Source: the human T2T-CHM13v2.0 reference genome, Homo sapiens. Taken from it: DNA of 64,000 nt. The notes under the pieces are model-generated. The model made no database searches, was not told the origin of the DNA, and saw nothing but the letters and a program-made list of their open reading frames with translations. The stretch is taken from assembly GCF_009914755.1 (NCBI RefSeq), contig NC_060930.1. One strand, given 5' to 3'. Positions 1 to 16,400 of this stretch are shown piece after piece. The translations under genes and the position numbers were made by a program. Positions within the stretch are counted from its first letter, which is position 1; each line of letters opens with the position of its first letter.

Positions 1-1179
1 TGTTATTCTTATACTCATCTCCAATAGTAATTTCTGCTAAACAGTTTGATTTTTCTATTAATTTTCTCTATATTAATTTTTAAAAGAAATCAGAAATGTG
101 AGAAATCGAGAATCAATAGATTTAATTTTAATTTGAAATTTTATTTTACAAAGCAAAACCATGCTTTTAATACATGTGGGGAAGGACAGATAGAGACATT
201 AACAGTTTTTAAATTCTTCAACATCTACGAAATTTCTACATGGTAGATGTTAAAATCTCCATTTGCAGTTGAAAAAACTTAGGCCCTGGGAGAAAAAACA
301 ATATTTTTCAATATATCAGTGATCTCCAAAACTTTTCCCTTATAAGAACCCTATCAAGGACATAAAAATACCACATCACTCTATAATAACGGTTGTAAGT
401 ATTACATTGGTTGACTGAGAAAATACATAGTGATGATAATGGAGTATAGATTTATTGTATATAAATCACAATGGGACCAAAACAAACATGGAGGAAGTGG
501 GTTGATTATTTATATTCAGCTAATAAATTATGATGTAGATATTGGTCCACATATCTAGACTTCTTGCAATTATTCTATGGATCCCAAGGCTCAATCAACA
601 GCCTTTAATGTGAGGAATCCCACATTAAAAATCCTTTCTCATCAGTTACATGCCAGGCTTTTTGGCATTTTTGAAGCAGTTTTAGGTATTTATTTTAGGT
701 ATTTGGTTTCACTTAGTTTAAGCTTATTAAAATGTGGTATATATAAAATGTGAGTATATAAATGATATTCAATAAATACAAACTTTGACATTTTCACTGC
801 TATTAAAGTAAGCACTTGTCTACTTACCTAGAATATGCATGTTTTGGGGGAAACTTTTCCTGGGGCCTCACATTAATAAGATCTTATTTTTAGAAGGTAG
901 TGAGTGACTTCAGAACCAACATTATTCACAAAGGCTTTTAAAAATTAAACAAAACTACTTTAAATTCTAATCATGGTAATATTAGAAAATAAGTACTTAT
1001 CACCAACATTGAAAAAATGCAGCAAAAATTTTCAGACTGGATAAAAGATACAATATAAATATAAGAACATATAAAGCTTAAAAAACACATTAAAATATGT
1101 AACATGCAAACACTAAACAAATTAAAGCTGGTTAACACTAAAAAAGTATTATTAAGGTAACCTGTAAAACTAAAAAAGC

Positions 1180-1500
1180 ACTTGTGTCCAGCATATATAA
1201 ACAACTGTAGAAATCAGGCAATTCAATAGAAAAAAAACAGCAAAACATTGAACAGGCATTTCACAGGAGGCTATATTTGGCCCTAAACATGGAAAAAAGT
1301 GCTCAACTTTATTAGTCATCATGGAAATGCAAATTCACACCACAGAGAACTATCACCAAACACCTACCAGAATGAAGATCAATCACTGCACAACTACTAA
1401 AATGAAATGATATTAAAGAATTGGAATTCTCATAGACATGAAAATGATGAAAGAAAAAAAACTGAAAAGGAGCTGGAAGGCATATTTACTTTAACCATAC
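1180..1500 (+). mobile_element. Ancient L1M ORF2 3' fragment
   Basis: Degenerate match to L1 ORF2 end (TGAACAGGCATTTCACA...TTAGTCATCATGGAAATGCAAATT). Confidence 0.6.
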
Positions 1501-2389
1501 CTGGCCAGCCAGGTTTCAGAGGTTCCAAATTAATACCAGCTATATAATAATGGGCTTCTTTATATGGATTTTACATTCTTTAAAAAAAACACACAAACAT
1601 ACAATACACATATATATATATATACAAATACATATATAAATTTATATATATTCAAATATGTATCCAAATATATATTCAGATGTGTATCTATTCCAATGTA
1701 TATGTGTGTACATATTTTGAAATAAATATTTAGTGACATTTATTTTGTTCTTGTCATACCATGGATATGTTTATTCTCAAATGATTTTCTTGTTATCATA
1801 AATCCCAGAGTAGATAATCCTCTCAATATTGCTGAATTTATTTATTAGAGGTTAAAATGTCCCAAATACATAGACTAGAAAGGCCTCATTGTACATCATA
1901 TGCCTGAATAAGACCTGCTCCTTTCTAGAAGTGCTGTAGTTTATATGTTATTCTCAAACACATGGAAACACCACCCTCTTATTTCTTAGGTGGAGAAAAA
2001 AATGCAGTTTGCAAAGCATGATATATTGACATAACTGAAAATGGGATTTAATATATCATATTCTAATGTCAATGCTAAACTCGTTTAAATGTTGAATTAT
2101 TAAAATCTCCTCAAATCCCTCAACACTTCAGGGTTATCTTTTCCTTTCACTCAATCAAATTGTTTGTTACTTCAGCTCAACTTCTGTGAAAACTTTTTCA
2201 CCATCATTAAAGTCTCCAAAAACTTCCAGGAAGTCTTTAGATTCTCTTGGACACAACACTCTTTTATTATTGCCCTTGATGAATTTTTAATAAGATTCTT
2301 CAGCATTCACCTCATCTCTCCTGCTGTCCTGTCTGCAGCGTTTTACCCAAATTAATCATCTAGCCTTTTCCTCTTTTCTCAAGGCACCA

Positions 2390-2741
2390 TGTCTTAGTCC
2401 AGTCTGATAAAACAACTACCATAGGTAGGGTGGCTTATGAGTAACAGACATTGATTTCTTACAGCTCTGGAGGCACAGAGTCTGAGATCAGGATGCAGCA
2501 TGGCTGGGTTCTGGTGAAGACTCTCCCCCGGCTTGCACATGACTGACTTCTTGTGTCCTCATATGGTAGAAAGAAAGCTAGCTAGCTCTCTGGCCTCTTC
2601 TCACAAGGGTGCTAATCCTATTTACAAAGGTTCTATCATCATCACTGAATTCTCGCTCAAAGGCCTTGCCTCCAAATACCATTACACTGGGCATTCGATT
2701 TCAACATGTGAATTTAGAGGGGTCACATTCAGTTCATAACA
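2390..2741. mobile_element. MaLR solo LTR (MLT1A/B-like)
   Basis: TGTCTTAGTCC...CACATTCAGTTCATAACA termini; near 5-bp TSD CACCA/TACCA. Confidence 0.75.
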
Positions 2742-3060
2742 TACCACCCACAGAAGTTTTACTGAAGATTTGGTAATTGCATTGCACAGAACAATATTTT
2801 AAAACAAGTATTAGATGTTACCATTCACAAAAGTTGCATGGCTTTCTGGTTGTTCTCCTCAGGCCTGATTTCCTCCTGTACTGCTTCCTTTCTCCCAATG
2901 CCACTCTATCATCTTCCAAACCCTTTCTCTCTGACAGCCAGTAAAGAATCCCCAAATACTTATTTCTCTACCACACAGAGAAATGACTTTTGTTTTCTTA
3001 TTTCTACTCACATAGACTGGTCCTAGCCAACAAGCATCTTCAAACACATAAACCTCTGCA

Positions 3061-3321
3061 ACACACACACACACACACACACACATATGCTTGCCAAATC
3101 TAGCATAGCAATGTATTCTCAGGGTTTCTACTTTCCAAGATCTCACATGCCTGGGAGAGACATGTAAAAAAGTAATAACATATCTTTACAGGAGGAGAGA
3201 TTATGGAGGTAAAGATTCCCCAGAGCTGGATCTTAAAGGAGGCTTAAAAGTAGATCATTAATATGTAAGTGGGGATTCTAGCTTGAGAATTCAGAAAGAG
3301 AGAGAAATGAGAGAGAGATTA

Positions 3322-3352
<31 letters not shown>

Positions 3353-3435
3353 ATGATGTATGAAAACCACCCTGTCTTCATAGACCATGGCATGTTCTGG
3401 AAATAACTAGTCATTTGAAGTTACTGGAGAACAGA

Positions 3436-3478
<43 letters not shown>
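3061..3478. repeat. Microsatellite cluster: (CA)n 3061-3085, (GA)n ~3297-3352, (TG)n 3438-3478
   Basis: Direct reading. Confidence 0.95.
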
Positions 3479-3479
<1 letters not shown>

Positions 3480-3915
3480 CATTTACAATGAGACAACTCA
3501 GAAGAAGGATGCAGACTGGTGGTCATCCTCTGAAGAAGAGTTTTCTAAATGCAGAATCAGGTTGGTCTCAGAGTACTATAGGACTGTACCACTTAAATGT
3601 CTAATCTATATAATTTTTTAGGTAATCAGAAGACAAATAGCCTGAACTTATAAATTTGCTAGGAGCACCATTCATCTGGCCAGGCTGATTCTGAATGAAG
3701 GTAAAAATCAAACAAACAAACAAACAACAAAAAGAAATAAGAAATGCAGAAAAGGACAAAAGCCAAACCAAGGAAAGTGGGGTGATGTCTTACTCACCAT
3801 CTGATATTCTGGGAGTACAGAGTGGTTACATGGGGTGGCCACAACAGACTAGAATGATACTATAGTGTGTTTAGGGGGAACTCATTGAAAAATGAGCCAT
3901 ACAATCTTTAGTCGG

Positions 3916-4280
3916 TGATATTGTTTGGCTCTGTGTTGCCACCAAAATCTCATCTCAAATTGTAATTCCCATGTGTTGGGGGAGGGGACTGGTGGGAGGT
4001 GACTGAATCACAGGGGTAGACGTCCCCCTTGCTGTTCTCCTGATAGTGAGTTCTCAGGAGATATGGTTGTTTGAAAGCCTGTGGCACTTCCTCCTTCGTT
4101 TTCTTTCTCTCCTGCCACCATGTAAGACGCGTCTTGATTTCCCTTGGCCTCCTGCCATGATTGTAAGTTTCCTGAAGCCTCCCTAGCCATGCAGAGCTGT
4201 GAGTCAATTAAATCTCTTTTCTTTATAAATTACCCAGTCCTAGGTAGTTCTTTATAGCAGTTTGAAAACAGATTAATATT
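3916..4280. mobile_element. MaLR solo LTR (MSTA-like)
   Basis: TGATATTGTTTGGCTCTGTGT...TTCTTTATAGCAG; 5-bp TSD GTCGG at 3911-3915 and 4281-4285. Confidence 0.85.
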
Positions 4281-4517
4281 GTCGGAGACCTTTAGCTCTA
4301 GGAACAATATGGAATGAGACAAGGATAGAAGAGTGAGTCACGATGGCTTAACTGGATGTTCAAGGCCGCAACAGAAAACAGCATTATACAGATCAACTAC
4401 TCCTCTAACAACATGAAATAGTATAACCTGTTTTTCCTTAACCCCTGGGGATTTTTGGAGAAAAAAAGGGGAGAAGGTGAGGGTAGGAAATTAGAAATTT
4501 TTATTAAAATATCTAAT

Positions 4518-4780
4518 TTATTTTTAAAATAAACTTTATTTTTAGAATTTAGATTAGAGAAACATTGGGAACATAGTACAGAGAATCCCATATATGTCAC
4601 AGCCAGTTTCCCTTGTTGTTAACATCTTGCATTAGTGTGGCACATTCATTACAATTAACAAACCAACACTGATACATTATTATTAACTAAAGATCCATAC
4701 TCTTTTCAGATATCCTTAGTTTTACCTAATGTCTTTTTCTGTCTTGGTACAATACATTGCATTTAGTCATCATGTTTCTA
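4518..4780 (-). mobile_element. L1MC-like 3' end fragment
   Basis: ATAGTACAGAGAATCCCATATA...GATACATTATTATTAACTAAAG matches an L1MC 3' UTR. Confidence 0.65.
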
Positions 4781-4879
4781 CTTAACTTTTTGAACACAAA
4801 GAATGCATTTATAGGCATTTGTTTTAACATATTTGCCAATTCTATCTTATGTGTCAGTTCTTGGTAGATTTTATTAATT

Positions 4880-5030
4880 TATCTAATCCTTACAATAATG
4901 TATGATGTAGGCTGCTAATATCATTCTCATTTCACAGATAGAGAAACTGAGTATATAAAGATCAAGCAACCTACCCAAAGTCATACAACAATAAGTGATG
5001 GAGTCAGGGCATGAACCCAGGCAGCCTTGC
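4880..5030 (-). mobile_element. MIR
   Basis: CATTTCACAGATAGAGAAACTGAG...ACCCAAAGTCATACA...GAACCCAGGCAG core. Confidence 0.75.
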
Positions 5031-5281
5031 TCCATCAAAGCGAATGTAGAGGAAATAATTTTTAGTCCAATTATTTCAAATTTCTCAGTGAGCCTCTGAA
5101 ATTTCAGGTTCTTATAGTTCAGGGTTTCAGAATTCCCTGGACCCTATAGAAAAATGGAAAATGAGACTCTTGACCATTGAATCTGACATATGAAGCAATC
5201 TGGGCTTTATCTTGAGCCTGGCATTCTGCTGTGTGCTCACTGTCTCCACCCTTATCTGTAACATGAAGGAAATTACCTAGT

Positions 5282-5760
5282 GTGTCAAAAAAAGTCACAG
5301 CCAGCTACTGCTTGTATAAATCATTATTCCATGAAAGGCCCTATATGCAAAGCAGTCCCAAAATGCCAAAGGAGTCAAGAAACCGAAGAATGAGGCAGAC
5401 AAGCCCAGTTTGTCAGTGGGAGGTGATCTACTGGGGGGACCTAACAGACAGAAGCATAGTCTCAGGTGGCTACAAGACAGGTAGATCTTCATGCTGCAAC
5501 CCCACGACCCAGGGCTTATATTTTGGAAAAAAGTATGCATGCTTTGAAAAGAATGTGTAGGTGGTTGAGAGAATGCTGCAGACATCACAACCTATGATTT
5601 CTGCAACAACATAAAGGGTTGTTTTGGATGAAAGACAAAACTTATAGTGAATAGGTGTTTCTACATAAAGACTAATAAATCAACCAGACATCCTGGAGGT
5701 ATTCCTGGACTTAGGGTTAGTCAAGGGTCACATGATGGATTAGCATTTATAAATGAAATC
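5282..5760. mobile_element. Probable old ERV LTR (family not assigned)
   Basis: TG start and LTR-like segment GAATGAGGCAGACAAGCCCAGTTTGTCAGT...ACAGACAGAAGC; weak recognition only. Confidence 0.4.
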
Positions 5761-6840
5761 TCTCTTTAAAATAAAGTCAATCTTATGAATGATAAGATGC
5801 AATGTAATTCTGTTGTTTTGGGCACTCTCAGGCCTGACTGGCTCAGGCTATGGCAGCTCACTTGTGTTGATCCCTTTGTCTCTAAGGAATCTTGAGAAAA
5901 TTACCTAAATTCTCTGAACTTAATGTCTTCCTTTATAAAATGAGGTGACCATAGGGACTATTGATGTGGTTGCTGTAAGAACTAAAGGAAGTATATAAAG
6001 CATCTAGCATATTAGTTTCCTTCTGTTCATCATCATTATGAATGGAGTAATGAGAAGACAGGAGTAATTTCTACTACCTCTTCAGCCTGTGACTTCATCA
6101 AAAGAGAATTAAAAAATTATAGGGAATCCTCTTTTAACTTTGTCATAAAATGCAGTGCTGCATTCTCCAGAAAATGTATGTCTGCAAGTGGTTTATTAAT
6201 TTATATGTCAAGAACCTGAGTATTTAGGGTGAAAAGAAAGTATCATAGGAGCAACCTTAACTCAGAAACACCACCCTCCTCGGGCTTTATTCTGTTTATT
6301 GGAAACCCTTTTCATGGTCATGCCAGGGCATGGATGGTCAGTGGATTTACAGTGAAAGTTCAATTCCTTCCAAGGACATTCTTGAAAATAGCTTTTGATT
6401 ATAGAAGCTCCTCTTCAATGATGCAAAGAATCCTATGCTGGGTTAAATCTTTTGCTTAGTGACATATTTGAACAACTGTGTTAATATTATAATAATTTCC
6501 ACCCCAGGGAAGAGGTTTTGACAGATGCAGGAAGTTGGAGAGAAAGAGAAATAAGTGAAATCAAGGATAGTAGGGGGTCAGGCTTCCCCATCTCCAGTGA
6601 CCCCTGACTTCACATCCCAAGTGTTGTTCTTTCATCCTTACTCTAGGTGTTGCAGGATCCACAGGGTCTGGAAACTTCTAGAAACTCATTGCCAATGAAT
6701 TCTAAAAGGCACTAGCTTTGGCAAATCTGCTTCATATAGAAAACATGGATTCTAACATAACTCAAGTGTTCTGATATTCAGTGTTTGAAATAAAACAACT
6801 TTTTTTTGTTTCAGTATCTGGATGATAGATACATAATTTT

Positions 6841-7248
<408 letters not shown>

Positions 7249-9431
7249 TGAATGATCTCAGTGAGCCTTATAGGAAGTTACACAGTTCTTGATATAGTTC
7301 TTTCCCTCTGGGATGTCAGAAAGGAGAGAAGGAACTTCAGAAAGGAAAGAAGGAACTTCCAAAAGTGACTCAGTTGTAAACAGAATTATTCAAAGAACTT
7401 GAGAGAAGAAAAATGTTGCTTTCTACTATCAAATAAATGTTGATGTTATGTTGAGAGTGAATGTTATCTTTCTATACAAAAGTTAGTGATTGAAATTTTG
7501 TACCATGATTCATTTATTTCTGATTAATAATCGGGAATAGAAGAAGAGAGGAAGAAAAATGTGAGGGACAAGGGGAAAATAGACAATGAAGCCGAGATTT
7601 GCTTTTATTCAGGAGAGATTTTCTAACATTTGAAAAACATCTACTGGTTTAAATGACAAGTGATATGTAGAAGTGAAAGGACCAATCTACTGCCAGAATT
7701 TTGCACCTACGTCATCAGTAGTCATCTTTTCCTAAGTCAAGGTAATGAGAATCGTAGCACAGGAAATGGGTTGTATGACATTATCATCTTAAACTCTTTT
7801 CACAGTTAGGATATGCATAGAAAAAGAAAAACCTCCAGGAAGAGCAGATGGCTTGATGCACACTACCAATGATTTGTGTACACACAGTTTAAAATGACAG
7901 TCTTTATTGTTCCCTGAACATGGCTTCTGATGACAGAAGCAAAGTCAACAGGCTTAAAAATATGCAGACAAGTTAATATAATTTTATAAATGGAGACTGC
8001 ACTTCTATTAAAAAACCTCAAGGTCATTCCTTACCATATGCCATAAAGTTACTGATTTTACTGATAAATGAAAAATACAATCTGGAAAGAGCTATGAGAC
8101 AGCAGTCACTAATTTCCAAAATAGAGTCCTAAAAGAAGAGGATATGGAGGGACATTTATCTTTTAAAAATACTCCGATCACTATTAGAATAAATCAGCCC
8201 CCAAGACAGAGGTACCTACTTCTGTCTTAAATCTAAGAACCCCTATGGCTTTGCCATAGCCCACATACCTGGAATAGATTTAAACATAGACACCCAAACC
8301 CCAAGAGAATAACGAGGCATACACAATCTATATGTCCCCTTCCTTCAGATAATGCTGCAGAGATGGAGTCTCTTTGGAAGGTCCACAAGCTCCATGAGTG
8401 GTATGCAATTAAAAAAAAATAAGTTGCATCCTTTTATTTAATACAATTGCAATATAATGTACTCATAATAAGTTTATTCATTCTTAAATTTACGATGTGT
8501 CTGTTATATACAGAGCACTCTGTCAGGCACTGGGATTGTTTTGCGTAGTTCATATCCATTTTTCTGGAAAGGGAGCACTTGCATAAGGTTTTCAAAAGAA
8601 CTCAACCAAAATAAAAAATGTTAAAAACCACTGCTGTATAAAATAAACCAAATTTTATATATACAGCAGGTGTGAATGGCTATGCACAGACTATAAAGCT
8701 AAATACATTGAGTATCTACTGTATGTCAGGCACTGTGTAATCGCATGGAATCTTCACAACAATCCTATATTGTATCACTCAATTTATAAATGATAAAACT
8801 GAGGCCTGAGGTTGATGGATATGTGTCAAATGTCACCAAACTGACTAGCTCTCCAGACTCTCACTTTTCATTTCCATTGTAATTGTTGATGTCCCCCAGG
8901 GCTTTATCCTAAGGCCTGCCTCATTTTGCCAACTACTTTGGGCATTCCCTTCCTTTGCCTTGGTTTCAATTTCCATCTACATCTGCCTTGCTTTCAATCT
9001 CCATGTTGATAGGTACTAAGTGCCTAGCGCTAGGCCAGTAAATACAGATGCATATGAGACTTCTTCCCTTGTCATAAGACTTCCAAGTCTAGTTGCTTCT
9101 TATGCAAAATGAGATTATTTTCCTCCAGTGTTCACTTTCGAGGCATCTGGCGATGTCATTATCAGTGTTCTGTTTGCACAAGCCAGAAACCTGGGGACTA
9201 ATTTTTGATTCCTATTGTCTTTTACCACACATCAAAACAATCACTTATCCTGTCCATCCAAATTTCTAAATATTTCTAAAATTTATCTACTTCTGTGCTT
9301 CCCCACTACGTATATCTCTTATGTCAATTTGATCACATGACCTTTTCTACACCTGGTACCTGCTGAGCCTTCTGGAGATACCCATTTCTTTTAGGGTAGC
9401 ATCCAAATGTCCTGCTTCCAAAACCCTTCAA

Positions 9432-9861
9432 TGTTGGGAGCTGAAAGCCTGAGGGTCGTGACCAACTCAGCATTCCACTGGAGGCTATATGATTAAACAG
9501 CAAGCTGTTTTTCATGAATGCAGAATGTGGGCAAACTCGCATCTGTACCTGCCACCAGAAGGTATGCTGAGGGCAGTCACTCCCTGGCACCGTGCTCCTT
9601 GAGGTTATCTACTGGGACATCTGGAGCCTACTGTTCAAAGAATGCAGTCATGCAGGTCTGTACTAAGTCAAGCAGCTGACCGACAGCCACCCCTTCTCCC
9701 TATCTCCTTTACTCAATAAATACAAAGGGCTCTAGAAGCTCAGCGCCCTTGTTCACTAGAAGCAAGGAGCCCCCTGACTCCTGCTTCCAAATATACTCTT
9801 TTGTCGTTGTCTTTATTCCCACATTTGTCCTCCTTTGTTCAGCCTACCAGGATCTGTGGCA
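9432..9861 (+). mobile_element. Solo LTR3 (HERV-K HML-6 LTR), inserted in an L2 remnant
   Basis: TGTTGGGAGCTGAAAG...CGTGACCAACTCAGCATTCCACTGGAGGCTATATGA...TGTGGCA; AATAAA at 9715; 6-bp TSD CTTCAA (9426-9431, 9862-9867), typical of betaretrovirus-like integration. Confidence 0.85.
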
Positions 9862-10059
9862 CTTCAAAATCAAGTCCTTGCTCCAAAGTTATCTTTTGTA
9901 AATCCCAAATTGCAATTTAAACTGAAGTCTGTGAAATATTTTCATCTTTTGAGGGGTCTGTACTCAATCTCATCCATCTGCTATTTTTTCTGCTAGTAAT
10001 GCTCACCCTATTCCTACCTCTGACTAACTCCTATATATGCATCAGGTCTTAATAATTGG

Positions 10060-11636
<1,577 letters not shown>

Positions 11637-11949
11637 GAAAGAGAGCTACAGTCATATCTTAAGAGATTAAGAGATTTCCTGATCCCTCTGAAACGTGTTG
11701 GAAACCGTACTATGTGGTTGCATAACACTCCATGCTTCCTGCATCATAGCACCTACAGAATGATATTTTCTTTCCACCAGAAGTAACATCATGGAGTAGA
11801 AAGGTCATGGCTTCCTTGTTCACTCTTGTATTCCCAATGTTGAGCACAGCATCTAGCTTATATCAAGTACCCGTAAATACTGATGAATGATTTTAACTTG
11901 ATCCTATGAATGGATCCCCTTTAAACATCCTGGCTGATGCTACTTTGGT

Positions 11950-12138
11950 TAAAGTGGCCAGATAAAATACAATTTTCCCAGTTAACTTTGAATTTCAGAT
12001 AAGCAATGAAAGATGATAGTATATACATGCTCCATGCAATACATAGGACATACTTATACCAAAAAAGTATTTATTTATCTGAAATTAAAATTTAATAGAC
12101 TGTTTTGTATTTTCATCTGCTGAATATGGCTATGCTAT
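11950..12138. mobile_element. MER53-like palindromic hAT element
   Basis: GCCAGATAAAATAC...TTTGAATTTCAGATAA and its inverse TTATCTGAAATTAAAA...GTATTTTCATCTG. Confidence 0.7.
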
Positions 12139-13401
12139 TAACTTTGACATTTGCTTGGCCCTTGTCAGGGACCTTGCAGGTTCCTTTAGTCATACTAAAC
12201 AGGCATCTCCCACAGGCATGAAAGGTAGCCATGTTTGCCAACAAACTTTACCATGCACTTCCTGATTCACACCTAGCTTCATTGCTCTAATTTAGCTTCT
12301 AGGTTTCCCCTTACTTTATTCCCAGCAACCACTTGCCATCCCATTACTGACCATGGCCTGATATCTACATTCTGATGATGCCTTTGGCAGCCACTCCAGT
12401 CTAGCATTAAACCACTACTAACTTCATTGCCTTGGGCTCTGCCTCTCCTCTGTCATATCCTGGAGTATCACATGCAAACTTAGCGCTCACAAGACAGCCT
12501 ATTACATTCTTGGGGAGTTCTAATTGTTAGAGAGTCTGTCTTTGTGTTGATCTGAAATTATCTTCCCTGAGGCTTTGACCTATTTGAGTTTCAATAGATA
12601 GTTTGCTTCTTGAGAGCAGAGAAATGTCTTATGCACTGTGGTATGTCTAGGATTCATGGCAGTGACTGGCACATGGAAGATTCTTGATAAATGTCTGCTG
12701 AATAAAAATGGGCATTATTGCCTCTGGAGCTGCACTGTGTAAAATGAATTTCTTATCTACAGTCAGTTTTTCAAATGTGTGAACAATGTTCTATAGTTCT
12801 GCATCAATCTGGTCTTTTATAGGCTAGGCATTCCCAGTTCCTTAAATCATTTTTCATTTGAGAAGTGAAGTACCTGGCACTGAAGAGGCACTTGGTAAAT
12901 GTTTTTCCATTAAGAATTTCCTCATGTTTGGTTAAAATGGCAAATATTCATAAGAAAACAATGCTAGATATAACTTTAAAGGACATAGACATTACTAGTG
13001 GGCATAGGTAAAAATAAAATGAATGGTGAAAAGGATAATTGTATCCCATAAAAATGTATACGAACTTAAAAATATAGACTGCCTAGATCTTTTGAAAATG
13101 CATTCATGTGCATAAATACCCAAACATTCCTAAAATTTGAAATACTTTAATTTTGAAATATAATATGATAATATTTGTAGTATATTTTGAAAGAAACCTC
13201 CAACAATTCTCCAATCTTATTATTTGCCTATTCCCATGCATACAGTAGCCTGTCTAGATATTTTGGGCCTCAACATTGAAAGAGTGGCAAGAGAGAATTA
13301 TAAATATCCTTTTTAAATTAAATATATTTTTCCATTTTCTGTTGAAATAATTAGCAAGACAAATGATTGTATCATCTCATTGTTACTGTGCAAAGAGATC
13401 T

Positions 13402-13496
13402 AGAAAGAAAGAAAGAAAGGAAAGAAAGAAAAGGAAAGAAAGAAAAAGAAAGAAAGAAAGAAAGAAAGAAGAAAGAAAGGAAAGAAAGAGGAGAAA
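13402..13496 (+). repeat. (GAAA)n compound polypurine tract
   Basis: Direct reading. Confidence 0.95.
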
Positions 13497-16400
13497 CCAA
13501 TGATTCAATCTATTAATTAGAGGGAAAATCATGCTAAAAATGGTAAGGTGTGCATCAAGATGCTAGAAACATCTTAATTAGGTAATTTTAAAAGAGGGAT
13601 AATTGTCAATGTATCTTCAAAACTGCATACTTTCCTTCAGCTCACCTACTAAACTGAATAGCTATATTTGATCAATTTTAACAATTATATGAAAACTAAG
13701 ATTTTGTTAAACTTGTTTTTATAGTTTTATAGCCAGAAACATTTGATGTGTAATGAGCAACTCAACAATTTACTGCCTTTTATTTATAACCCTCGCTAGA
13801 TTCTATGATGTTATAGTGATTGTACACTCTGTATTCAAATCTGACCTGGGGTTGGATTATAGTCTGTCATTTCTGTTGTCCAATTAATATGAACAGGGTG
13901 GGAGAAGGATAAATCTTATTCTGTATTAAAATTTGTACATGGCCACACAGCAAAATCATCACTAGAGTGGTTCCTGCAAAAATGTCAGGCACAATTACAT
14001 GGATGAAACATAAAGGGCATTCCTCTCAGCAAGATTCACAATAGGAGGTGTGTCATAAACAGGGAAAAGAAAACTGTTCAACAAAGCTGGTTATATCTTG
14101 CCTTTAAGCAAGGAGTTCACCATTAAAGACATTTTCTGGATGGAAAGTCCTGTGGGGTGTGTGCGTATGTGTATGTGTTTTATACAGGGAGAGAGAATTT
14201 ACACACTGTCATACTGGTACCAAGCCATATAATAGCTCCAGGAATAATACTGAGATTTCATAATCCATGAACTTTCTTATTTTCAGCAAACTCCCTCATA
14301 GCCACTCAGTGTCAGAATGCGGATTGTGTGTTTATCTTTCCTAAAGAAGTAAGAGGTAGTCGCCTTGCTCTTCCCCTCCATCCCCCGACATCACCTCTGC
14401 TCCACTTGCTATCCATTTTCTTAAATAGAAGATTCAGGGGGAATCCCTGGAGTAGGTTATAATAGGTTGTCAGAAGAAATGCTTCTATTTTAAAAGAAAA
14501 AGCAGTGAGAAAAAGAAATTTTCGTTAGCTCTATCATATTCCTTCTGAGAAGCTGCTGCTTTGAAGGCAAATCTACTCCTCCTACTGCCTTCACATGTTT
14601 CTAGGAGATAGTTGTGTGAGAAAACCCTCTGTACTAAGAATTTTTCTATTCTGGAGATATTTTTCATGAGGAGTGGTCAACCCAACCCCCTGTAGAGTAA
14701 ATGAGACAAGGGGCCTGTACCAGAACACTCTTATGAGACGTGGCATTTAAGATCCAGTAAAATAGGAGATAATATAGGAGATACAGAAGCCCTCCTGGTC
14801 ATACACCATAAATGATGATGAGATTTGAATTGTCTGTGTTCTCACCTGCCTTGCAGCTGCAGTATTAGAAGCCCAGGATCCTGAGAGACTTGGGGTTTTC
14901 TCTATTTGAATTATAGCATATGTTCAAGCTATATCCCTAAACTCCTGACTGAGCTACTAAAAATAATGACTCCTGAGACAAACAATGAGTAATATACTCT
15001 GAACAGTGCTATAGCAGAGGGAGTGGAATGTTTGCAGCTGAGATTTGAAACATAAGAATCAGCGAGGGAGAGAGATAAAAAATGACTGCAAGAGTTGATA
15101 TAAAAAACCTGCTTCAGTCCAATTGTCTCCCATTTTGTCTGTCAAAATGAATGAGCATCAGAAACAAAGATATTGAAGAGATTCTCAGAGAATGGCCCTT
15201 GGAAAGTTTAAAATTAAGAAAGCACAATCTAAAATGATTCTTAAAATTAAAAAATAGCATCCAGGGGAATTGCATAAGATTATATCCTGATTAAACCACA
15301 ATTTATTCTTGTAAATAGGAAAAACAGAGCAACTGGGAAAGGTGTAGTTCCATTATGAACAATCTGCGAATGTCAGTATCATAAGAAGCAAACAAAAAGT
15401 TTGCCCTGTGACTTAGCTTCACACCTTCTGAGAAGCAGGAACAGCCTAAATATACCCCAGCCAGGGTTATCAGCAAAGAACCATGAAACAAAGCCCTCAG
15501 CTTTTCATCACATTAAGGCAGTTGAGAAACTGCAATATTCCCCTTATGTTCCTTGTGGGTAATTCTAAATTAAGCTTTAAATAAAGAGCACCAACCATTG
15601 TTCATCAGGCCTGAACCAAATCAATAAAATAGATGAGATTATTTTGGCAAGTGGCATGAGATGTTGGAGCCTAGAGCTGGAAGTGCCTAGGTGTCAATTT
15701 CTGAATTCTTTCAAGGGAACTAATTCAGATGATATTTATCAAGACAATTTTTAGAGTTAATGCAATTCACATAATTTTCCAAGTTAAAATAATCTTCACA
15801 AAATTAAATCTCACAGTTCAGAAACATGCAGAAAAGAGTAGCCTTTTACATCCAAGTGAACAACATTTGACTTTAAGGAGCAATTGTCTTAGGATTTTAA
15901 AAATGAGAAACATAAGCTCCCCCAAATGTATACATCAATTGCAATCTGTGGTTTGAAACTTTCTAACCAAAAATACACTCTGAATATTGTGGCAGCTGTT
16001 CCAAAACATCTTTCAAGTAGTTATTATTCATTTTATATTGTCTTAAGATATAAATTTGATATAGATGAACTCTCCTTAGTATTATTATTATTTTGTATAG
16101 GAAAGAAGAGACACATACTTCCCCAAACACTGAAGACGGATTTTTAAATCATTGATCTGATAGCAAAAAATGAGTAAGGTACTCTTCTCGCAAAGCATTA
16201 AATCAGAATTTCCAAGCTCATCAGAGAGCAGTAAGTCAATGTCAGAATCTGATAAACTCACTCACTAGTCATCACAATAGTCGCATTTCAACAGTACAAT
16301 TATAAGTACAAACAGGTTCGGGAAGCACTATGTGAAGAGTTAAGCTTTGGGGACATGGCCATTTTCCATGCAACCCAAGATGACCTCCTCATGGATTCTG